IMG/VR virus record: IMGVR_UViG_3300032218_003932
Span: 1 to 32,412 of that record
DNA from: a virus
Lineage: Duplodnaviria > Caudoviricetes
DNA: 32,412 nucleotides
Direction: 5' to 3' (one strand)
Position 1 is the stretch's first letter. Each line of letters begins with the position of its first letter. Under the pieces are notes generated by a model. That model saw only the letters and a list, made by a program, of their open reading frames with translations. It made no database searches and was not told the DNA's origin. Of the stretch, positions 1-6,641 are shown piece after piece. The translations under genes and the position numbers were made by a program.

Positions 1-135
1 ATTGAAACTGGTGGAAAGATGACGGGAATTGCAGTAGCAGCTTCAGTATCTTCTACAAATATGATACTTACAGTAACAATTACAGATGCTTCAGGAACTA
101 ATGCTACTGTGAAACTACAAAAAGTAATGTTATAA
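1..135 (+). CDS. 3' end of a virion/tail-fibre-like protein (partial, runs off the left edge)
   Basis: Frame 1 is open from base 1: IETGGKMTGIAVAASVSSTNMILTVTITDASGTNATVKLQKVML, then TAA at 133-135. It is Thr/Ser/Val-rich and beta-strand-like. Not in the ORF track because the start lies outside the window. Confidence 0.6.
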   Translation: METGGKMTGIAVAASVSSTNMILTVTITDASGTNATVKLQKVML

Positions 136-136
136 T
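128..136 (+). promoter_or_regulatory. Putative extended -10 promoter (TGTTATAAT)
   Basis: Matches TGnTATAAT, overlaps the upstream stop codon and precedes the AGGAGA RBS (151-156) of the gene at 165. Confidence 0.45.
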
Positions 137-164
137 AAATAAATATAATAAGGAGAAATAATAA

Positions 165-593
165 ATGGCAGATAAAAGTTTTAAACCCAAAACCAGTATT
201 GATCTTGATGGATCTACGTCTGGAACAGTGACCATTTCTGCGCCAGCCATTGCAGGAACAAGCACAATTACACTTCCAGCAGCAACTGATACGCTGGTTG
301 GCAAAGCAACTACAGACACTTTAACAAATAAAACAATTTCAGGAGCAAGCAATACATTATCAGCTATTGGAAATGCATCTCTGTCAAATTCATCAGTTAC
401 CATCCAAGGAACTGCTGCAGCAGCTGGCGGTGGTACTCAAGCAAATCTTCATTCATATGGAGCAGTATCACTTGGAAGCACCATAAGTATTCCAATTCGT
501 ACAATTTTTACTGATACTTCAACAAATTTTAATAGCACTTTAAATCCATACAGTGCTACAGATGGCGACATTGTAATAGTTTATACTCCGTAA
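165..593 (+). CDS. Small virion structural / tail-fibre-like protein
   Basis: AGGAGA RBS; Thr/Ser/Gly/Ala-rich. Contains GSTSGTVTISAPA, TITLPAATDTLVGKATTDTLTNKTI and a C-terminal DGDIVIVY, all motif types I recognise from phage fibre proteins. Confidence 0.6.
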   Translation: MADKSFKPKTSIDLDGSTSGTVTISAPAIAGTSTITLPAATDTLVGKATTDTLTNKTISGASNTLSAIGNASLSNSSVTIQGTAAAAGGGTQANLHSYGAVSLGSTISIPIRTIFTDTSTNFNSTLNPYSATDGDIVIVYTP

Positions 594-606
594 TAGAAAG
601 ATAATT

Positions 607-1095
607 ATGAGAAAAAATAGAAAAAAAAGAATTAGTTTAACTGCATCTTCTAATAAGAAAACCCCAGTTAGATATTTTTCACCACCAAGTTTTTTTTCGC
701 CACCATTTTTTCCACCATCTTTTTTCTTTCCACCGTTTTTTCCACCAGCATTTTTTAGTCCACCAACATTTTTTTCTCCACCATTTTTTCCTCCAAATTT
801 TTTTGCTCCACCATTCTTTCCACCGTTTTTCCCACCGTTTTTCCCACCATTCTTCCCACCGTTTTTCCCACCATTCTTCCCACCGTTTTTCCCACCATTC
901 TTCCCACCGTTTTTCCCACCTGCATTTTTCTCTCCACCATATTTTCCGCCAGCAAACAATGGTTGGTGGGTTAGAGTCGGTGGAGTTTGGAAAAAAGCAA
1001 TTGCAACCAGCGCCTACGTTAGAGTCGGTGGAGTTTGGAAACAAGCAGCTAACGTATATGTTAGAGTCGGCGGAGTCTGGAAGACTCTATATTAA
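607..1095 (+). CDS. Pro/Phe-repeat (PPFF)n protein with basic N-terminal leader and three C-terminal VRVGGVWK repeats
   Basis: ATG with GAAAG upstream, co-oriented with neighbours. Variation in the repeat falls mostly on synonymous third positions (CCA/CCG/CCT, TTT/TTC) in this frame, which supports it as the real reading frame. Confidence 0.8.
   Translation: MRKNRKKRISLTASSNKKTPVRYFSPPSFFSPPFFPPSFFFPPFFPPAFFSPPTFFSPPFFPPNFFAPPFFPPFFPPFFPPFFPPFFPPFFPPFFPPFFPPFFPPAFFSPPYFPPANNGWWVRVGGVWKKAIATSAYVRVGGVWKQAANVYVRVGGVWKTLY
808..915 (+). repeat. Nine tandem 12-bp units CCACCRTTYTTY (PPFF) with a 24-bp higher-order period
   Basis: Read directly: CCACCGTTTTTC and CCACCATTCTTC alternate from 832 to 915. 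More degenerate units extend over 673-951. Confidence 0.95.
970..1083 (+). repeat. Three spaced 24-bp direct repeats encoding VRVGGVWK
   Basis: GTTAGAGTCGGTGGAGTTTGGAAA is identical at 970-993 and 1018-1041; GTTAGAGTCGGCGGAGTCTGGAAG at 1060-1083 has three synonymous changes. Confidence 0.95.
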
Positions 1096-1133
1096 AATAA
1101 AACCTTCTTTGGGGCTTTATTCATTTTCAACAA

Positions 1134-1142
1134 TGATATAAT
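1134..1142 (+). promoter_or_regulatory. Putative extended -10 promoter (TGATATAAT) for the oxygenase block
   Basis: Perfect TGnTATAAT in the intergenic gap, about 25 nt before ATG 1167. Confidence 0.55.
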
Positions 1143-1166
1143 CTATATATAGTAGAAAGAGCAATT

Positions 1167-1808
1167 ATGAATAATCCAACAAACCAATCCTGGTCCAGTA
1201 AAGAACATCTTTTTCCTGGAATTTGGGTTTATAGAGATGTTATTAAAAAAGAATTAAATTTAATAGAAAGAGTAGAAGATTTTATTAAAAAAAACAATCT
1301 GGAATGGCAAGAAGCCTTTGTAGGATATAAAGAAAGAATGCCAGAATATAGAGATTGTGTTGATTTTAAAATAAAAAAACTTCCAGATCAACCAAGACCA
1401 GTAATAGATGATATTTGGCAAGACGTATATGACGCTCAAGTATTAGCGGTAGATGATTATTGTAAAATGTACAATATTGAAATGAAATATTGGGAAGCAA
1501 TGAATTTTATTAAATATGGTCCAGGGCAACATTTTCAAGAGCATGCAGATCATGGATTTTCATATGTTTGTACACTATCTTCTGTAGCATATATTAATGA
1601 CGATTATGAAGAAGGTGGATTAAGTTTTGGTAAATTAGGAATAGAGTTTAAGCCTAAAGCAGGAGATCTTTATTTATTTCCATCTACATATCTTTTTTCA
1701 CATAGAGCTTTACCAGTAAAATCTGGAATCAAATATTCAATAGTCACAATGTTAGATTATAATCAAAATGCACATACACCAGCTTTTCATGAAGGTCAAG
1801 TTTATTAA
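1167..1808 (+). CDS. 2OG-Fe(II) dioxygenase, prolyl 4-hydroxylase-like
   Basis: KYGPGQHFQEHAD (HxD), YINDDYEEGGLSF, FPS, SHRALPV (distal His), GIKYS (2OG-binding Lys). Confidence 0.9.
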   Translation: MNNPTNQSWSSKEHLFPGIWVYRDVIKKELNLIERVEDFIKKNNLEWQEAFVGYKERMPEYRDCVDFKIKKLPDQPRPVIDDIWQDVYDAQVLAVDDYCKMYNIEMKYWEAMNFIKYGPGQHFQEHADHGFSYVCTLSSVAYINDDYEEGGLSFGKLGIEFKPKAGDLYLFPSTYLFSHRALPVKSGIKYSIVTMLDYNQNAHTPAFHEGQVY

Positions 1809-1810
1809 TA

Positions 1811-2515
1811 ATGTATAGCATTAAAGCTTACCCAATTGAAAAAAATTTTGCAAATATTGAAGTTTTATCAGTAAAAAGAAATTGGATGGACCAAGCAAAA
1901 GATTCATCTGCTTACAACTGTTTTCCATTAACCTTGGCAAATACATTTGGTTTTGCAATTTCATTTCCTGTTGATATTTCTTTTGAATTGAATAAAAAAA
2001 ATAATAAATTTAAAATTTATTCAGGAGAAGAATTTTGTTATTTAGAAAGAGGTCTTGATACAATTTCTTTTATAACAAATATACAATTTGAAACAGAAGA
2101 GGGAGTTAGTTTGTTAACTATTCCACCACCAAATTATTTTATTGATGGAATGCAATGTTTTACATCAATATTATCTACTTCTTTTTTTACTGGATCATTA
2201 CATATAGTTTATAAAATAACAAAACCAAATCATATTTTTACAATTAAGGCTGGAACACCAATAGCAGCAATATTACCAATTTCAATTTCTCAATTTAAAG
2301 ATTCTGTATTAATAAAAAATAGTTATGGAAATAATTTTAAAAAAGATAATTTAACTAATTCAAAAGAATATTCAGAAGAATTAAAAAAATATTTACCTGG
2401 ATCTTCAAAAACTGCAAATTGGTATAAAAAAGCTGTAGACCATAAAGGAAATAAAATAGGAAATCATGAATTGTTGTCTTTTAATTTAAAGGTTGAAAAT
2501 AAAAAAAATGTTTGA
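1811..2515 (+). CDS. DUF6065-like protein (predicted dUTPase-like beta fold), paralog 1
   Basis: KRNWMD...AYNCFPLTLANTFG, PPPNYFIDG, AGTPIAAILP, NWYKKAVDHKG. Family recognised from the W-M-D/AYxCxP/AN pattern from memory. Confidence 0.65.
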   Translation: MYSIKAYPIEKNFANIEVLSVKRNWMDQAKDSSAYNCFPLTLANTFGFAISFPVDISFELNKKNNKFKIYSGEEFCYLERGLDTISFITNIQFETEEGVSLLTIPPPNYFIDGMQCFTSILSTSFFTGSLHIVYKITKPNHIFTIKAGTPIAAILPISISQFKDSVLIKNSYGNNFKKDNLTNSKEYSEELKKYLPGSSKTANWYKKAVDHKGNKIGNHELLSFNLKVENKKNV

Positions 2516-3224
2516 AATTAATGCTTATAAAATTAATAATAATAAACCAACTGCAAAAATTCGTCCATTATCAGTAAAAAGAGATTGGATGGTTAAAGGA
2601 ACACAACATGAATATGCTTATAATTGTTTTCCAGTTGTTCTTGCAAATACAATGGGATATGAAATTTATTTTGAAGAAGATATAGAATTTATTTGGAATG
2701 GAAGTTTTGAAGAAGGCTCTACTTTAGTAACTAAAGGAAAAGATATTTGTTATTTTAATAGAGGTTTTGCAACAATCGGTTTAATAACAAATTTAGTATT
2801 TAAATCAGATAAAAATGTAAGTTTATTAATTGGTCCCGTACCAAATCAATTTATAGATGGAATTCAAAATTATTCAGCAATATTATCTACATCATTTTTT
2901 GGTGGAGTCGCTCATATTGTTTTAAGAATAACAAAACCTAATGAAAAAATTTTATTAAAAGCAGGAACATCAGTAGGTTTAATTTTACCATTATCATTAA
3001 AAAACATTAATAATTCTTCTATAAATATTTTAGAAAATATTGATTTTAATGAAAATTTTATTCATGAAAAAATAGAATATACAAACGCATTAACATCTAA
3101 AGCAAAAGAAATAAAATCTCCAACAAACTGGTACAAAAAAGCAATAGATCATAATGGTGTAAAAATAGGAGATCATGAAATTACATTTTTTAATTTAAAA
3201 GTTATAGAGAAAAAAAATGTATAA
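2508..3224 (+). CDS. DUF6065-like protein, paralog 2
   Basis: KRDWM...AYNCFPVVLANTMG, GPVPNQFIDG, NWYKKAIDHNG. ATG 2508 (MFEINAY) aligns with the paralog starts and overlaps the upstream stop (ATGTTTGA), so it is preferred to 2493. Confidence 0.65.
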   Translation: MFEINAYKINNNKPTAKIRPLSVKRDWMVKGTQHEYAYNCFPVVLANTMGYEIYFEEDIEFIWNGSFEEGSTLVTKGKDICYFNRGFATIGLITNLVFKSDKNVSLLIGPVPNQFIDGIQNYSAILSTSFFGGVAHIVLRITKPNEKILLKAGTSVGLILPLSLKNINNSSINILENIDFNENFIHEKIEYTNALTSKAKEIKSPTNWYKKAIDHNGVKIGDHEITFFNLKVIEKKNV

Positions 3225-3924
3225 TCTTGATATTTATAGATTACATGAAAGATCAGCAAATGTAGAACATCTTCCAATAAAAAGAGATTGGATGGAAGAA
3301 ACAGCGGATAAACATGCTTATAAATGTTTTCCAGTAGGTATTACAAATCAACTTGGATGGGGCATATCTTTTCCAGAAGACATAGTGTTTACCTGGGATG
3401 GGATTACAGATACCTCAGGACATCATGTTAAAGTAATAAATGGTAATGATTATGTATATACAGAAAGAGCAAATGCAACCATAAGTTTTAAAACTGGTCT
3501 TGCAGTTATTACAGAAAAAAATGTTAGTTTATTAAATATGCCAACCCCAAATTTATTTATAGATGGAATTACTTTATTTACTACAATAATGAGTACTTCT
3601 TTTTTTAAAGGTGAACTTCCAGCAGCTGCAAAAATAACTAAAGCAAATCAAGAAATTATTATTAAAGCAAATACTCCAGTTATAACAATACTTCCAATAT
3701 CTCTTACCAATTTACAAAATTCAAAAGTAAATATTTACAATACAAATCAAATTCCTTCAGAAATGTTTTATTCTCCTGAAGGATATACCGAAGCAGTTGT
3801 AGAATTAAATAAACAAGGAAAATGGTCTAATTTTTATAGAGATGCAGTAGATCATAAAGGAAACAAAATTGGCAACCATGAAGTTAAAGCTATCAGACTA
3901 GAAACGATAAAGCAGTATGAATAA
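3217..3924 (+). CDS. DUF6065-like protein, paralog 3
   Basis: KRDWME...HAYKCFPVGITNQLGW, PTPNLFIDG, ANTPVITILP, NFYRDAVDHKGNKIGNHE; 8-bp overlap with the previous gene. Confidence 0.7.
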   Translation: MYNLDIYRLHERSANVEHLPIKRDWMEETADKHAYKCFPVGITNQLGWGISFPEDIVFTWDGITDTSGHHVKVINGNDYVYTERANATISFKTGLAVITEKNVSLLNMPTPNLFIDGITLFTTIMSTSFFKGELPAAAKITKANQEIIIKANTPVITILPISLTNLQNSKVNIYNTNQIPSEMFYSPEGYTEAVVELNKQGKWSNFYRDAVDHKGNKIGNHEVKAIRLETIKQYE

Positions 3925-4636
3925 AATAATATTTCATTCTAATAGAGAATACAATTTACATTTAACTAATTCTCATCCACAAATTTCTTCAAAATCAATG
4001 CCAAAATGGTATGTTGATGCAGAAAGATATATTAAAGATCCAAGAACTGGTGAAGATCTTATAAATTATGATGGCGGAAAAGTTTTTTCATTTAAAACTT
4101 GCCCTGCAATTGTAGATATGTATACCTCTGGATATGTATTAAAAACACCATGTGATATATATTTTTATGAAAAAAATAATGATATTTTTGTAGAATTACC
4201 AGAAGGATTTAAAGATTTTTGTGGCTCAAGGTCATCAGATCCTCAATTTGTACCTCCCCATGGATATGATAAGCATTTTCATTGGTTCCCATCTTGGTCA
4301 GTAGAATTACCAAAAGGATATAGTGCTATTTATCTTTCTCCAGTAAATCATTTTGATTTACCATTTATAACCATTTCTGGTATTATAGATAATGATAGAT
4401 TTAATACCGCAGGATTAATGCCATTTTTTTTAAAAGAAGGGTTTACGGGTTTGATTCCAGAGGGAACGCCATTTGTTCAAATAATTCCTTTTAAAAGAGA
4501 AGATTGGGAATCTGAAATAAAATTACATTCTCAAGAAGAAATACTAGATAGATATTATAAATCAGGGCAAGCATTAAGAACTCCAGAAGGCGGAATGTAT
4601 AAAAAGCTTTTTTGGTCAAGAAAGAAGTATAAATAA
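3917..4636 (+). CDS. Divergent DUF6065-like / trimeric dUTPase-fold protein
   Basis: PKWY, FKTCPAIVD..TSGY, LPKGYSA, SGIIDND (like dUTPase motif 3 GxIDxDY), GTPFVQIIPFKREDW (like motif 4). No Gly-rich motif 5. Confidence 0.55.
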   Translation: MNKIIFHSNREYNLHLTNSHPQISSKSMPKWYVDAERYIKDPRTGEDLINYDGGKVFSFKTCPAIVDMYTSGYVLKTPCDIYFYEKNNDIFVELPEGFKDFCGSRSSDPQFVPPHGYDKHFHWFPSWSVELPKGYSAIYLSPVNHFDLPFITISGIIDNDRFNTAGLMPFFLKEGFTGLIPEGTPFVQIIPFKREDWESEIKLHSQEEILDRYYKSGQALRTPEGGMYKKLFWSRKKYK

Positions 4637-5316
4637 TGATGGAACAAAAAGTTGCAGTTAATGCAGAAGATTCAGCAAACTTTTCAATAACACCTTCAGG
4701 TTTTTTTGGAAACTCTAAAGAAATGATTGTTGAGTTAGAAAATTTCATGACAGAAGAAGAGCATGAATATTTAATGAATTTTGCTTTAAAAAATAATTCA
4801 TGGGATTATACTATAAGCAAAAAAAATGAAAATGGCACAGTAACATATGATGCCAATATTTGGGCTGAAAGAGTTGCAACACTTCATACTTTAAAAGAAG
4901 CTGATTCAAAAATAGTAGATATTATTCATGGTATGTTTGATAGATTAAAAATAGAAGTAGATAAATTTTATAATGTTAATGCTCAAGCAACAAGTCCAGC
5001 AATTGTTAGATGGAGGTTAAATGATAGACAAGAACCTCACGCTGATAAAGAATTACATTATGGACCAGACGCAGGAAAGCCTAATGCATTTCCTTATTAT
5101 GATATTGCAAGCATATTTTATATTAATGAAGATTACAAAGGAGGGGAGTTGTATTTTCCATTGCAAGGAATAGAGTTTAAGCCTAAAAAAAGGGCAGCAT
5201 ATTTTTTTCCAGGAGATATGAACTTTCTTCATGGAGTTAGACCAGTACTTGATGGAATAAGATATACATCCCCATTTTTTTGGACAATAAGAGAACATAA
5301 GGGTAAAGATGAATAA
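4636..5316 (+). CDS. 2OG-Fe(II) dioxygenase, prolyl 4-hydroxylase-like
   Basis: QEPHADK, YINEDYKGGELYF, FFPG, LHGVRPV, GIRYT. Confidence 0.9.
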   Translation: MMEQKVAVNAEDSANFSITPSGFFGNSKEMIVELENFMTEEEHEYLMNFALKNNSWDYTISKKNENGTVTYDANIWAERVATLHTLKEADSKIVDIIHGMFDRLKIEVDKFYNVNAQATSPAIVRWRLNDRQEPHADKELHYGPDAGKPNAFPYYDIASIFYINEDYKGGELYFPLQGIEFKPKKRAAYFFPGDMNFLHGVRPVLDGIRYTSPFFWTIREHKGKDE

Positions 5317-6022
5317 AATTGAATATAAAAATGATATTGTTGTTTATGAAGATTTTATATCAAAAGATGAATGCGAAAGAGTATTAAAATATTGGCAATA
5401 TAGAATTGATAAGGGTAATTTAGAATGGAATCCTATTTCATTTTACGAATCTTACGCATTTGGTTTTGAAGATGAAGATGATGATTTATTGCTTTTTGAT
5501 TTGCCTAAAACATATTTTACTCAATTAAAAGAAAAGTTTAAAAAAGCAACAGGAGAAGCCATGGGACTTGAAATGAGAGAAGTTAGTTTTCATGCTCAAA
5601 AATGGATTACTGGGGCATTTGCAAGTTTTCATTCTGACAACAGCAGCAATGGAGAATACAATGCTTTTGAAAAAAGTAAATATGCTACATTTTTATATTT
5701 AAATGATGATTTTACAGGCGGAGCATTAAATTTTAAAGATCATCAAATTAAAATTCAACCAAAAACTGGAATGCTTGCAGCTTTTGCGGGAGGTCATAAA
5801 AATGAACATGAAGTTCAAGTTATAACATCTGGAGATAGGTATACCATAGGTTCATTTTGGGACAATGCATCAATTGAATATACAGAAGAAAGACGTGCTG
5901 AATGGGATGCAGAATTAAAAGAAGTAAGAGCACAGCAAGTAGTACAACAACAAGAATGGGCTGACCTTAGAAAAAAAGGGATAACACTTTCTCCACACCC
6001 AAGTAATCAAGGAGGATATTAA
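5309..6022 (+). CDS. 2OG-Fe(II) dioxygenase, prolyl 4-hydroxylase-like, with C-terminal helical extension
   Basis: SFHSDN, YLNDDFTGGALNF, EHEVQVI, GDRYT. Confidence 0.9.
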   Translation: MNKIEYKNDIVVYEDFISKDECERVLKYWQYRIDKGNLEWNPISFYESYAFGFEDEDDDLLLFDLPKTYFTQLKEKFKKATGEAMGLEMREVSFHAQKWITGAFASFHSDNSSNGEYNAFEKSKYATFLYLNDDFTGGALNFKDHQIKIQPKTGMLAAFAGGHKNEHEVQVITSGDRYTIGSFWDNASIEYTEERRAEWDAELKEVRAQQVVQQQEWADLRKKGITLSPHPSNQGGY

Positions 6023-6023
6023 A

Positions 6024-6641
6024 ATGTATAATTTTGCAGCGCTAGAAAATGAAATTTTTTATTTTACAGATTGTGTTAATTTTCCTAAAAAATATATAGA
6101 ATTTTTAGAAGAATTAGATTCAAATGAATCTTCATATCCATATGTTGAAAAATGGAAAGAATGGAAAGCAAGCAATGATGATTTATGTTATGGACAACAA
6201 AAACAAATAAATGATTTAAATTCATTATCTAATGATGAAAATCTTAATAAAAGAATATTATATATAATTAATGCAATTAAAGAACCTTTTTTATTATGTT
6301 CTATTAATTATTTAAAAGCAAGAGAAATGGGTTCTCCAACAAAAATAAAAAACTTTGCAATAAATAAATATTTTCCAGGAAAAGAAATGGGACCTCATCT
6401 TGATTCTTATGGAAATTCAATTAAAAAAACATTTACAATGTTAATATATTTAAATGACAATTATGATGGCGGAGAAATAGAATTTACTAATCATAATATA
6501 AAAATTAAACCTGAAGAAGGAAGCGTTATTATATTTCCAACATATTCTCCATATATGCATAAATCATATCCAGTAGAGTCTGGAAATAAATATTTTTGTA
6601 TAGCAGAATTTGAAATAGAGGAAGAAAACAATGAATACTAA
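6024..6641 (+). CDS. 2OG-Fe(II) dioxygenase, prolyl 4-hydroxylase-like
   Basis: KYFPGKEMGPHLD, YLNDNYDGGEIEF, FPT, MHKSYPVESGNKY. Confidence 0.9.
   Translation: MYNFAALENEIFYFTDCVNFPKKYIEFLEELDSNESSYPYVEKWKEWKASNDDLCYGQQKQINDLNSLSNDENLNKRILYIINAIKEPFLLCSINYLKAREMGSPTKIKNFAINKYFPGKEMGPHLDSYGNSIKKTFTMLIYLNDNYDGGEIEFTNHNIKIKPEEGSVIIFPTYSPYMHKSYPVESGNKYFCIAEFEIEEENNEY

Noticed and set aside
591-609. Readthrough or frameshift fusion of 165-593 with 607-1095
   Set aside because: Tandem stops TAATAG, different frames, no slippery heptamer, and the second gene has its own initiation motif.
673-951. Collagen-like repeat
   Set aside because: No Gly-X-Y periodicity; the tract contains no Gly.
540-1044. 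Minus-strand ORFs with GGKN, EKRW and GKTV/GRMV repeats (540-959, 679-1044, 755-955) and the + strand HRFS ORF (803-1141)
   Set aside because: Shadows of the 12-bp repeat, which lacks stops in several frames. Synonymous variation, gene orientation and the upstream initiation motif all favour the PPFF frame.
970-1083. Spaced 24-bp direct repeats as a mini-CRISPR array
   Set aside because: Spacers are only 24 and 18 bp, in frame; repeat differences are synonymous; the repeats are not palindromic and there are no cas genes.
1098-1126. Possible terminator hairpin after the PPFF gene
   Set aside because: The stem is short, mismatched and relies on G-U pairs; not convincing.
3917-4636. Functional dUTPase (dut)
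   Set aside because: Only motif 3- and 4-like remnants are visible, so no gene symbol was assigned.
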